The position numbers and the translations under genes are program-made. This document shows, in pieces, positions 20,582 through 29,945 of a stretch of 64,000 nt of DNA; the first letter of the stretch is position 1; each line of letters opens with the position of its first letter. The stretch lies in IMG/VR virus record IMGVR_UViG_3300037502_002220, positions 41,445 to 105,444 of that record, one strand, 5' to 3'. Source of the stretch: a virus. The notes under the pieces were generated by a model. The model made no database searches, was not told the DNA's origin, and saw only the letters and a list, made by a program, of their open reading frames with translations.

Positions 20582-20924
20582 GTTCTTTAAGGTATGAAGT
20601 TATTAATTTGATGAATGTTTCTTCAGTCATCGTTACATAAGTACCGTGTCTTGGTTTTCTATGAAACAAAACATTAAGTAAGTTCTTAGGCATATTACCT
20701 AATACTTCTATGTAGTTAGGTCTATTGATATAGTATTTACACTGCACACCAAAGTCACCAGTATTTACCAGATCAATACCTTTATCATCTGCGTGCTTAG
20801 ACATTAAACGAGAAGTAGCTACATTATCAAACCCTAATAGTTTAAATAGTGCAGCTACTTTACGTTCGTACGCATGACCACTAGTTCTGTTTCTTTTACC
20901 AATACTAGCTTTATCTTTTTTCAT
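20478..20924 (-). CDS. Holliday junction resolvase-like PD-(D/E)XK nuclease
   Basis: GHAYER..GIDL..VQCK. Confidence 0.75.
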   Translation of the reverse strand: MKKDKASIGKRNRTSGHAYERKVAALFKLLGFDNVATSRLMSKHADDKGIDLVNTGDFGVQCKYYINRPNYIEVLGNMPKNLLNVLFHRKPRHGTYVTMTEETFIKLITSYLKEHGYEGATNQGVLQSPSDKPKSNKSRAGNSKKRKE

Positions 20925-20926
20925 AA

Positions 20927-21613
20927 TTAAAACGGTAGCGTAAACTCAAAATCTTTTTTGTATATGGCTTTGTACAAGCTAGCAAACTGTTCAAACTTAT
21001 CTCTGAAGTCTCTATCTTCGTACGCAGCTCTAGCTGGATGTTCAGAAGCTATCACATAATTGCGTAGTGGAAATACTAATGCCGATAGTTTAACAGCTTC
21101 TTGGCCCATAAAGTAAAAGATAATGTCTTGCTTGTTATCATTAAGCCATCCAATAAGTACTTTATTAAATGCACCCCATAGTTCTAAATGTGCAGTAGGA
21201 TTGCTCGTAGTTGCTGTTAACGCAGTGTTCAATAATAGCACACCTTGTTGTCTCCAAAGACTAAGGTCTGATTGTAGATACTCACTAATAGGATCTTGCT
21301 TTGTAATCCTTTTAATAGAGTCTGCAATCTTTTGTAAACTCTTAGGCCACTCATGATAACTACGACCTGTTTCTTCAACAGCAAACGCATATCCACATGC
21401 GTGATCTGTACCATCCATAAACGTACCTGGATATGGACTCAAGCCTACGATAACAGCTTTAACATCATCTACAGGCATTTCAAAGGCTCTAAATATATTA
21501 GGCCCTGGTTGTGGTTTATATGCTCCTGGTGTGAGCTGTGCCATAATATTAGGCACAAGCTCAAACGCAGGACACTTTACCCAACTTTCATGTGCTAACT
21601 TCGGTTTTGTCAC
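20927..21613 (-). CDS. ung: Uracil-DNA glycosylase (family 1-like)
   Basis: NIFRAF..VIVGLSPYP..QGVLLLNTALT..SEHPA. Confidence 0.85.
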   Translation of the reverse strand: MTKPKLAHESWVKCPAFELVPNIMAQLTPGAYKPQPGPNIFRAFEMPVDDVKAVIVGLSPYPGTFMDGTDHACGYAFAVEETGRSYHEWPKSLQKIADSIKRITKQDPISEYLQSDLSLWRQQGVLLLNTALTATTSNPTAHLELWGAFNKVLIGWLNDNKQDIIFYFMGQEAVKLSALVFPLRNYVIASEHPARAAYEDRDFRDKFEQFASLYKAIYKKDFEFTLPF

Positions 21614-21846
21614 AGTCTTGGTTGTTTTAGATACTGAAGCTTAACACGTTTAGGATCTGCTACTCTAGATATGGTATCACCAAAGTGTTTAGCTTCTTCA
21701 AAATTATCAAACTCAAATTGCATTTCGTACATTGTGTTCAGCGTTAAAAAATCTTTTAAGCTCTCAGATTCTAATATAGTTTGTTTAAACTTAACTAAAT
21801 CTTGTGAGCTTTTAAATTTCATGAACACAGGGTAGCTAAACTTCAT
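21610..21846 (-). CDS. Hypothetical protein
   Basis: Coupled ORF. Confidence 0.6.
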   Translation of the reverse strand: MKFSYPVFMKFKSSQDLVKFKQTILESESLKDFLTLNTMYEMQFEFDNFEEAKHFGDTISRVADPKRVKLQYLKQPRL

Positions 21847-22103
21847 GGTTTAGGCATTAGTGTAGTGTACAAAGCTTTTTCTACGTCACTAGGAATATAC
21901 ACAGGTTCACCGTTATTCAACTTGATTGTAGTTACGTCAGATAACTGTGCACCAAAATCACTAGCATCTACTTCTGGAAACTTATCTAGAAGCATTCTAA
22001 TTTCGTGAGGTGTATATCCTTCTTTGTTAGCTCTGTAAAATTTAGAAGTCTCTGATTCTACTTTTTCAATTACTTCAAATACTTTTTCTTTTAATGAATC
22101 CAT
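21843..22103 (-). CDS. Hypothetical protein
   Basis: Coupled ORF. Confidence 0.6.
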   Translation of the reverse strand: MDSLKEKVFEVIEKVESETSKFYRANKEGYTPHEIRMLLDKFPEVDASDFGAQLSDVTTIKLNNGEPVYIPSDVEKALYTTLMPKP

Positions 22104-22196
22104 AGTTCAATGATTGTAGTTATTAAAATACCTATACTAATTGCCATCAGTATAGTGATAATAGCTATAATAATTAGCAGTAAATACAGTCAGCGT

Positions 22197-23831
22197 TTAT
22201 TCATAGCCCATTGCTTCCGATACTACAGGGAATCTTTTTTTAAATAGTTCACGAATTTCATTAGCTACTTGACGATGTTCTAACTGTGTATGTGGATCCA
22301 TGCGTACAGGAAGATAGTGCATCCAAGAACGCACAGAACCTTTCATATACATTGTAGTACTGGTAGCTAACGGTAATATACTTCTTGCAGTTTCTCTAGA
22401 TACACCAGCGTCTAACAACGCTTCATACACATCAAAAGTAAGATCTGTAACCATAGCTACAAGTTCATCAGCTTCGTACTGTTGATCGTGTAATGTTACA
22501 ATAGGATTAAATTCTTCTTCAGAAGATTGTCTATTGTTCTTAGCTTGCCTGCGTATAGAGATAGGCTCTATACCTTGTGCATTTGCATATCTTTGTGAAT
22601 TATGAGTTATAATATTGTTGGCTACATAATTGTGACTTTTATGGTTTACTTCTAAATCATAGGTCATCTCTTCTCCTACATATTCTATTGAAACTATGTG
22701 AGAATAACCTATTGTTTTTCTACTCTCTATTGATTCTTTTACACTTTTAAGCTTATGTTCTTCTTTTGTTAACAACTGTAAGTTGTTTATATCAAAAGCT
22801 AATTCTGGGTACAAATAAACAGGTAAAATATGGTCTACTTCATATAAGTGAAGATCTTTAAAATTAATATTTTGTCTTACAGCCAAAAGCGCTTTGTGTT
22901 TTATACACTCATTTGCAACTTGTTTTCTCCAAGATATAGTATTACCTGTATACAAATTAGAATCAGAACCTTTTCTAGAAGCTTTTCTCAAGTTTAATCT
23001 TAACTCAAGATTAAACTTTTTACCAAAATTAGGTTGCAATTCAGTAGGTAATCCTTTATTCCAGGCTTCTGTATACAAGCTTGTTTCACTTTTAGTAAAC
23101 TGCAAAGAGTGTATCTTTAACCACTTTCTAATTGTGTGATAAGAAACATTAGCTTTATCTGCAATATACTGCACTCCATTTCTACTTAGCGATTCTTCTT
23201 TAGCTTTAGCTAGCCAGTCTTTATCTTGATAACAAGCTATTCCGTTAACGGCTATGTAATTACCTACAGCTAAATCACTTAGTTTTTTAAATCCTTCTTT
23301 GGTTAAAAACTTGTGGTCTAATGTAGACTTAATATTTTTACCGTTTGCTAAAGTAACTTTGTAAACAGGTTTTACTCCTGTCTGAAATACTTCTTTTATT
23401 TCTACACTCTTAAATGTTTTTGAATCTTCGTCGTATACTTTCACTCTCGGTGCTCCGAATCTGTTCCAATAAGAACTCTTGTATCGTTTATACAAGCTTT
23501 CTATTGTTACTTTTTTACATTTACGAGCGTCAGGATAAAATAATGTTATCAGACTATCTCCTGATATACAAAATTCTTGAAAAAAGAACGAACGATGCCT
23601 AAGAATTTGTGCAGCTACATATCTACTGGTTGTAATCTCAACAGTGTAATCTACCATCTCAAAAGGAGACCAGTGTTTATGTTTTACAAGATACTGTAAC
23701 AGCTTAGGTGCAGTATCTAGATTAAGTTGATTCTCTGGATTACTGACCCTAGCTTCATACACAATTAGATCTTCTGCTTTATCAATACCTTTTACTAGAG
23801 GCATTGTAATAGATACTTCAGATACTTTCAT
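22197..23831 (-). CDS. thyX: Flavin-dependent thymidylate synthase ThyX, interrupted by an intein
   Basis: HWSPFE..RHRSFFFQEF|intein|SQRY..ETARSILP..HTQLEH; the exteins total 220 aa. Confidence 0.93.
   Translation of the reverse strand: MKVSEVSITMPLVKGIDKAEDLIVYEARVSNPENQLNLDTAPKLLQYLVKHKHWSPFEMVDYTVEITTSRYVAAQILRHRSFFFQEFCISGDSLITLFYPDARKCKKVTIESLYKRYKSSYWNRFGAPRVKVYDEDSKTFKSVEIKEVFQTGVKPVYKVTLANGKNIKSTLDHKFLTKEGFKKLSDLAVGNYIAVNGIACYQDKDWLAKAKEESLSRNGVQYIADKANVSYHTIRKWLKIHSLQFTKSETSLYTEAWNKGLPTELQPNFGKKFNLELRLNLRKASRKGSDSNLYTGNTISWRKQVANECIKHKALLAVRQNINFKDLHLYEVDHILPVYLYPELAFDINNLQLLTKEEHKLKSVKESIESRKTIGYSHIVSIEYVGEEMTYDLEVNHKSHNYVANNIITHNSQRYANAQGIEPISIRRQAKNNRQSSEEEFNPIVTLHDQQYEADELVAMVTDLTFDVYEALLDAGVSRETARSILPLATSTTMYMKGSVRSWMHYLPVRMDPHTQLEHRQVANEIRELFKKRFPVVSEAMGYE
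22599..23570 (-). mobile_element. Intein (324 aa) with HNH homing endonuclease
   Basis: Starts CISGDS, block B STLDHKFLT, ends YDLEV..NYVANNIITHN before Ser+1; internal VDHILP..NNLQLL..EH. Confidence 0.9.
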
Positions 23832-23836
23832 GATGT

Positions 23837-24109
23837 TTACATTAGTGATAAGATAAATTCATAAGCTTGTGCTAACTTCTCTACTTGCGTAGGTTTTTTA
23901 GAAGTCTCCACAATGCGTGTAAATATAAGATTGAGATTCTTAATGTGCAAAGAATCATCAACACTTAAATTAGGAATTTCGTGTTCGCTGTAATGTGTTA
24001 GGTACATCGACATTATTCTCATCCGATGTATCTTCGGTAACCTTTGAAAGTTTTCTGACAAATCTACGATGTTCATTTTTTGGATTTTTAGGACAATAAT
24101 ATAAATCAT
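23837..24109 (-). CDS. Hypothetical protein (likely start MNIVD)
   Basis: ORF track. Confidence 0.55.
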   Translation of the reverse strand: MIYIIVLKIQKMNIVDLSENFQRLPKIHRMRIMSMYLTHYSEHEIPNLSVDDSLHIKNLNLIFTRIVETSKKPTQVEKLAQAYEFILSLM

Positions 24110-24173
24110 CTACGGTTTTACAACCATCTTCCTGACCACATACGGGACATATACTAAAATTAGATTGATTCAT
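23970..24173 (-). CDS. Small Cys-rich (zinc-ribbon-like) protein
   Basis: CPVC..C..YYCP; overlaps both neighbours. Confidence 0.45.
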   Translation of the reverse strand: MNQSNFSICPVCGQEDGCKTVDDLYYCPKNPKNEHRRFVRKLSKVTEDTSDENNVDVPNTLQRTRNS

Positions 24174-24375
24174 TCTCTAAATTTTTTATGTGTCTATCTA
24201 AGTACCACTGTGCTTTTTTAAGGTCTTCTACAGTTTTGTTTTTATCCTTAAGTCCAGCACGTAATATGTACTTAAGTACATTACCTAGATGAAAACCTAA
24301 TTTTTTAGCTTCAATAATTTTAATAGGTTCATACGGATCTGTAGCACCTCCGTAGTGTTCAGGATGATCTATCAT
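24160..24375 (-). CDS. DUF3310-like protein
   Basis: DHPEHY..GNVLKY..RAG.K..EDLKKAQWYL. Confidence 0.85.
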   Translation of the reverse strand: MIDHPEHYGGATDPYEPIKIIEAKKLGFHLGNVLKYILRAGLKDKNKTVEDLKKAQWYLDRHIKNLENESI

Positions 24376-25346
24376 TGTAATGATGTTATTAACATGTTTT
24401 TGGCAATATTACCAAATCCTGCAACAACTAGATCATCTGTATCTTTTCCTAATTGCTCAGGATAAAATAATTTCTTACTGTTAGGAATTATAGAACTTAA
24501 CCTTTTAGCACCTTCTACACCAGCTTGATCGTTATCATATACAATAATCTTCTTGTTGTACTTATCTAAGAAACTAAGATCTGATGGTATAGTACCTTCA
24601 CTTTGAAAAGCATAAGTATCGTACCCTGTAAGCTTGTTAATAAGCAAGCCATCTTTGTAAGACTTAGTTACTACACAACTACTAGTACCAGTTTCCCATT
24701 TCCACACATCATTTTTGATAGCAGTAGATAATGGAAAGCGCTTATCTTTTTCATTATAAGGACAGTACATCTTAAACCTTAGTGTATCTTGAAACGTAAG
24801 TGCATAGCATGGATATGTTTTAGGGTAATATGCTTTACCATCTACCCAATATCTATACACAGAATAACACGGTTGCTTAGATTGTAGCAACTCAGGATAA
24901 GATACTTCTCTTTTAGACCAGTAATCTACATCAGATAATGTATATGTTACTTCACCGTTGTCCATATATGCTTCGTAATACACATCTTTTTTAGTATCTG
25001 TTTGCGTGACAACAAACTGTGTTACTTTAAACATAGGTCTGTTAACACTTATTGGTACTTGATAGTATACAAAGTTAGCTAAAAGTTGCTCAGCTTCGTT
25101 AAATTGTATACCTTTGAGATGTGCAAGTGCATGTATTACGGTATATTTATTATACTCTTGGAAAGCCCAATCTGTAAATAACATAAGACCGTTGTACATA
25201 CGCAGATAACAATTAGCTTTAGTATCTGCTCTAAATGGACTAGTGATTAATTGGTTAGGTTCTATATCTTGACCTAATACCATAGACCACAATACACGCT
25301 GATCTACATTGCGTAAGTTAAACTTGGTGTTCGTAATTCCATACAT
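24372..25346 (-). CDS. DNA primase (TOPRIM)
   Basis: SPFRAD..TKSYKD..QSEG..YDNDQAG..KDTDD. Confidence 0.8.
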   Translation of the reverse strand: MYGITNTKFNLRNVDQRVLWSMVLGQDIEPNQLITSPFRADTKANCYLRMYNGLMLFTDWAFQEYNKYTVIHALAHLKGIQFNEAEQLLANFVYYQVPISVNRPMFKVTQFVVTQTDTKKDVYYEAYMDNGEVTYTLSDVDYWSKREVSYPELLQSKQPCYSVYRYWVDGKAYYPKTYPCYALTFQDTLRFKMYCPYNEKDKRFPLSTAIKNDVWKWETGTSSCVVTKSYKDGLLINKLTGYDTYAFQSEGTIPSDLSFLDKYNKKIIVYDNDQAGVEGAKRLSSIIPNSKKLFYPEQLGKDTDDLVVAGFGNIAKNMLITSLQ

Positions 25347-25360
25347 GACGGTTTTGTTTA

Positions 25361-25393
25361 AAAAGAGAAGGAGGTACTCGTAAGGTACCTCCT
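25361..25393 (-). terminator. Hairpin/terminator
   Basis: aggaggtac/gtacctcct stem with flanking A-tract. Confidence 0.55.
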
Positions 25394-25411
25394 CTCAGAT
25401 ATAAAGGAAAC

Positions 25412-26065
25412 TCAGAAATCACTTTCTCCTTTAGTCACAGGTGCTGGTGCATTAGGATTATCCTTAGTCCAGCGTGCTGACTTCATGTACTTAGTATCTG
25501 GATCTCCAATCTTCTTAGGGTTGAGAACCGTACAGAAGAAATCTCCAACTACGTACATCTCATCAGGTACTTCCATGTACTGTGAGTTAGCTTTGTACCC
25601 TACTGCGATCGTAGCTTCTACAGTGTTGTACGATGCTGGTAACATGGACTTAGCCATGATTACAAACTGATCAAAGCTAGGCTCGTGTACACCAGGTACA
25701 AAGTTATTAGCTTGTACCCACTGGTTCATCTTCTCAATCCACACACTTTCGGTAACAAAGCCAGTGACGATGTGCTTGATGTAAGAACTAAGATCTTTCA
25801 TCTTAGCACCTACAATCTCGTCAATAGAACGCGTAGTACCATCTTTCTTCTTGAACCTTTCTGGATATTTATCCAGGTCAGAAGCAAGTTTTGCTTTATC
25901 GATAGGAAACTTGCGCACACCAAGCTCTTGACCTGTTTCAAGTCTAAAGCTAATATCTAGCGCAGGACCCTTGTACTTATCTGTTGTCACAATAGACAAC
26001 TCAAATTTCTCCAGCGTGCACTTCTGTACACCAGCTTTCATTGATGGAGCGGTTTCTCCGTACAT
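25412..26065 (-). CDS. Putative single-stranded DNA-binding protein
   Basis: Follows the Sak4-like ATPase; flexible tail ending ESDF. Confidence 0.5.
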   Translation of the reverse strand: MYGETAPSMKAGVQKCTLEKFELSIVTTDKYKGPALDISFRLETGQELGVRKFPIDKAKLASDLDKYPERFKKKDGTTRSIDEIVGAKMKDLSSYIKHIVTGFVTESVWIEKMNQWVQANNFVPGVHEPSFDQFVIMAKSMLPASYNTVEATIAVGYKANSQYMEVPDEMYVVGDFFCTVLNPKKIGDPDTKYMKSARWTKDNPNAPAPVTKGESDF

Positions 26066-26076
26066 AACGAAAATAT

Positions 26077-26844
26077 TTATTGGTTAATAAAATCAGTGCT
26101 TACACCAAAGTACTCACAGATAATCCTCAATGCTTCACCAGCATCGTTAGGTAGCGTACCTTCGCTAGGGAACATACCATAAGGTGCTCTTGCGGGAGTA
26201 TCACCTAGTGGCTTAGTTCTAAAAAGGTACTTAGGCTGCTGTGTAACAGGATCTGTTTGTACATCAGTTACTAAGATGATATCCCACAGTGATGCCAAAG
26301 GTACATTCTTTTTCAACATTTGACCAGCGCAAGAGATCTCATGTTTAGTACGTACCATGTAACCATCCATGATCTCGGTTGCTGTCAGGTGAAAGTTAAA
26401 AACAATAAATAAGTCATCACGGTTCAAAGCAGGGTTAGCAGTAATCTTATCTAAGGCATCAAACATTTTGTAAGTGTTAACACCTAAATCAGCCCAATCT
26501 TGGCGTTCAAGTTTAGACTTCTGCATTACTGTTTTACCCATCGTAAAGTTAGCATCGTCAACGATAATAACTTTAATATCAGGTCTTTTTTCTGCTACAT
26601 ACAAGAGTACGTCAGCAATCTTTTCTGGATCTATGGTAGCTAAATACCTACCACCTTCCATAATCTTTTTGTCAGCGTTGAATACCTTACGCCAATTAGG
26701 TACAGGAATAAGTTTACCTGGGCCAGCGCAAGTAATATACAACGTTTTATCCACAGGTAAACCTTTTATTCCTAATTCTTCATTAGGAAATAATGACGTG
26801 GTTTTACCTGAACCTGGATAACCAGCAATTACAAATGATACCAT
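26077..26844 (-). CDS. AAA-24/Sak4-like recombination ATPase
   Basis: Walker A GYPGSGKT, Walker B IIVDD, C-terminal ARAPYGMF..PND. Confidence 0.75.
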   Translation of the reverse strand: MVSFVIAGYPGSGKTTSLFPNEELGIKGLPVDKTLYITCAGPGKLIPVPNWRKVFNADKKIMEGGRYLATIDPEKIADVLLYVAEKRPDIKVIIVDDANFTMGKTVMQKSKLERQDWADLGVNTYKMFDALDKITANPALNRDDLFIVFNFHLTATEIMDGYMVRTKHEISCAGQMLKKNVPLASLWDIILVTDVQTDPVTQQPKYLFRTKPLGDTPARAPYGMFPSEGTLPNDAGEALRIICEYFGVSTDFINQ

Positions 26845-26856
26845 AATTAATCAGTT

Positions 26857-27918
26857 TTAAATTTCGTAAAAATGCGAACCACCAACAAATCCTAAACGCA
26901 TATCGGCGTTATCACCATAACGATTCTCTACAATGTGTGCAGATCTGTACTTAGATAAACCAGCTTGATTAAATGCTACAAAGTCATAGCCCATATGCTT
27001 AGTTAATCTGTAGCTAGGATCTGCTGGATCCATCATAGTAATCATTACGGAACAATCTTCGGAGATATTACCAGTGTCTTTAATTGAATCTGACGTTGGC
27101 TTTATTTTATCACCGTAGAATTTAAGACTATCGACATTCACCCATCTGTTAAGGTGAATAACGCCTATGTTTACATGACCAAATATTCTAGCAGATTCTA
27201 CTAAATACGCAGACATAGCATCTACATTATCTTTCATGTTATAACCACGTTCACGATGAAGTTGACGCATGTGATCCACGATATTAATTACAATCTTGTT
27301 AGGATTATTTGGCTTGTAACCTACAATACGTTCTACTATTCTACTCCCAGTATCATCTTGTATGTTAAACTGTTGCGTAATAAAAGTACCATTATCTTTA
27401 GCGTTTTGTTTAAAGTATTTATTTAAACCAGTAGGGTTATCTCTACCTAACCAGTTTATTTTACCTTTATGTAACAACACACCATCTTCTGAATATTCAC
27501 CAGATATAGGTACTACATAGTCTTTGTAAACACGTTCAATAATGCGGTAGTGATCTTCACTAAGTTTTATCCTAGAACCATCTGGATTTAACTTCCTACC
27601 TAGAATATAATCAGTACCTAGTACTATTCTATGGTCTAGATAAATCTTTCTTGAAATCATTTTAGCTTCGATATCTTGTCTAGGCATCTCTGTAGATACA
27701 AAGTTAAACTCGATATCTAAGTCTGGATTGAGTTCAATTAGCGAATTAACAAAAAACTCTGTAACAAATGTAGACTTACCTACTTTTTGTTCTGAAGCAA
27801 TGGCTATGTACATTCCTGGATGTATACCATTCATGTGCATATTCATGGTTTTAGATGCTGTTCTAGCACCATTAATCTCACCACGCATTGCTTTTTGAAT
27901 ATAAAATAGTAAGCTCAT
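26857..27918 (-). CDS. DnaB-like replicative helicase
   Basis: SEQKVGKST, STEM, IVDH, HLNR, IKDTGNISED, ENRYG. Confidence 0.85.
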   Translation of the reverse strand: MSLLFYIQKAMRGEINGARTASKTMNMHMNGIHPGMYIAIASEQKVGKSTFVTEFFVNSLIELNPDLDIEFNFVSTEMPRQDIEAKMISRKIYLDHRIVLGTDYILGRKLNPDGSRIKLSEDHYRIIERVYKDYVVPISGEYSEDGVLLHKGKINWLGRDNPTGLNKYFKQNAKDNGTFITQQFNIQDDTGSRIVERIVGYKPNNPNKIVINIVDHMRQLHRERGYNMKDNVDAMSAYLVESARIFGHVNIGVIHLNRWVNVDSLKFYGDKIKPTSDSIKDTGNISEDCSVMITMMDPADPSYRLTKHMGYDFVAFNQAGLSKYRSAHIVENRYGDNADMRLGFVGGSHFYEI

Positions 27919-28433
27919 TAGGCAATCTTGTATGCTATGCTAGCGTCATTCTTTAGAAATGATTTTAATGACTTAGCTTTAGCAGTTTGTTGATAATAAG
28001 TAGCTGTGGCTTTTACTAGTTTTTCTAGGTTAAAGTCATCCGTAGACATCTTAAACCTAGCGAACAACAATCTAGTTTCTTCATCGCTGGTAAGTACAGT
28101 GTAATCTTGCAGGTTGTAACTAAATCCTTGTAGTTGCATACCTGCGTCAATAAGACCTTGTAGGAAGTTATCAAAGTCTTTATCATTAGGTACATCAACG
28201 TACAGTGGATAACGTAATGTTACATTACCATCTTCGTCAGCAATACAGAAGTTAATTCTGAACAGATGTTCATTCTCAGTAGTCAGCAAATCTTTGTCGA
28301 TAAGCTCTTCAAGTAGTCCATGTGTAGGGTGTGCAATCGCAAAACAAAAGAATAAAGCACTAGCTTTATCTATTGTTACTTCGTCGATTACGTCAAGCAG
28401 TTTCTGATTAATCGGTAAAATCTCCATATTCAA
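27918..28433 (-). CDS. Hypothetical protein preceding the helicase
   Basis: Tiled ORF. Confidence 0.65.
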   Translation of the reverse strand: MNMEILPINQKLLDVIDEVTIDKASALFFCFAIAHPTHGLLEELIDKDLLTTENEHLFRINFCIADEDGNVTLRYPLYVDVPNDKDFDNFLQGLIDAGMQLQGFSYNLQDYTVLTSDEETRLLFARFKMSTDDFNLEKLVKATATYYQQTAKAKSLKSFLKNDASIAYKIA

Positions 28434-29628
28434 AGTTGTTTAATTCTGCGATGTGCATAATCCTAGTCTTTTCTTCATAACCTTCAATAAACTTTTGAAA
28501 GTTTACGTGGTCTTTAGTTACAGGTACGTATAGAACATAGACCACTGGGTTAACACCTCTAGTAGATCTACCTCTTCTCTGAATGTTCTGAATATCTACA
28601 CCACTCAACGATAGTATTACTACAGCATCGATATCTGCTAGGTTAATACCTTCGTTTAGCATACGTACAGTATTCAGTACTTTAATCTGTTTCGTATTGA
28701 ACTTGAAAATAGCTTTTTCAACTTCTTCTTTAGGCATCTTAGAGTGAATACAAGTACCTTCAAGACCTTGTATTTGTTCAATAGTCTCAGCAAATACTAC
28801 GTATCGCTTACCTTTAAGATGTTGCTGTATGTATTGCATGTACTTAGCTTTGTGATCAGCTAGTATTCTCTTACGAAGTGCACCAAGTGGTAACCACCGA
28901 GTATCTTTTACCCACTGTTGTTTACAGTGATAGTAATAGTTCTTCCAGTAGTCCATCTCTGATGATACTACGTTTAGATACTCTTCAAAAGTACAACCTT
29001 GTACAAAGAAATCCGTGTTTATAAAACGCTTGCGACGCTCGTAGTCTCTGTATGGAATCTCATCGCTACCACGATTCATTCTCTTAACAGGTACGCTGTA
29101 AAGTGCTGTATCTAAGTCTACGGGTACTTCTAAACCTACTATTTTCATAGGTGGGATAATACCATTCTTCATACCTTCTGTAAGCGTAATGCGCCATGAT
29201 TTTACATAGCCTGTAACTTCTTTAAGTAAAGCTCTACGCTCTGGTGTAATAGAAGCAGATAGACAAATACAGTACTCAAACTTAATCTTACGTAAGTCTT
29301 TAGCTGCATCTGGTGTTAGCCTGTGACATTCGTCTAAGATTACACCTTTGAAACTAATACCTGCGTACTTGGATAATGAACGGTAGTTAACAAACACAAA
29401 AGAAGGTTTTAAGTTAAACTTTTTACACTCTTCTTTAATGTTTTTTTCTTGAACGTTTTGAGACATTACCCATAGCCAACTACCTCCAATCTTTTTAGCA
29501 GCTTTGATAGCAGGTAGTGTTTTACCAACGCCTGTTTCCCAGTTTAAGAATATTCGCTTAAAGGTTTCAATAGCCTCTACAGCTTTATCCTGTATTTGGT
29601 TGAGATAGTCAAGGTTTTTTGTAAACAT
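28408..29628 (-). CDS. Superfamily 2 helicase
   Basis: TGVGKT, DECH, SAS, EGINL, QRRGR. Confidence 0.88.
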   Translation of the reverse strand: MFTKNLDYLNQIQDKAVEAIETFKRIFLNWETGVGKTLPAIKAAKKIGGSWLWVMSQNVQEKNIKEECKKFNLKPSFVFVNYRSLSKYAGISFKGVILDECHRLTPDAAKDLRKIKFEYCICLSASITPERRALLKEVTGYVKSWRITLTEGMKNGIIPPMKIVGLEVPVDLDTALYSVPVKRMNRGSDEIPYRDYERRKRFINTDFFVQGCTFEEYLNVVSSEMDYWKNYYYHCKQQWVKDTRWLPLGALRKRILADHKAKYMQYIQQHLKGKRYVVFAETIEQIQGLEGTCIHSKMPKEEVEKAIFKFNTKQIKVLNTVRMLNEGINLADIDAVVILSLSGVDIQNIQRRGRSTRGVNPVVYVLYVPVTKDHVNFQKFIEGYEEKTRIMHIAELNNFEYGDFTD

Positions 29629-29945
29629 TAGTTGTCATGATTTTCTTTATAAAATACGTACATCTGTTCTCCATCTTCATCGTACACAAAACAATGCAAT
29701 AGATCTGAATATCTAAGATCTTCTACTCTTTGTATAGGATCGTTAGTATAAAAACCTTCTTGACCAGGAATATAAAAAGCAATAATACCATTTTCGATAA
29801 ATTGCTCTATACTATCTTCGTCATCAGGATCTTCTACTACGTCTAATACTATTTCAAAGTCATCTTGATCAAGTACCCATACTAGCAACACACTATCTGG
29901 GTACTTATCAGCTAATGCTTTAAGTTCCATGTACATGAAGTTCAT
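29628..29945 (-). CDS. Acidic hypothetical protein
   Basis: Coupled ORF, D/E-rich. Confidence 0.6.
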   Translation of the reverse strand: MNFMYMELKALADKYPDSVLLVWVLDQDDFEIVLDVVEDPDDEDSIEQFIENGIIAFYIPGQEGFYTNDPIQRVEDLRYSDLLHCFVYDEDGEQMYVFYKENHDN

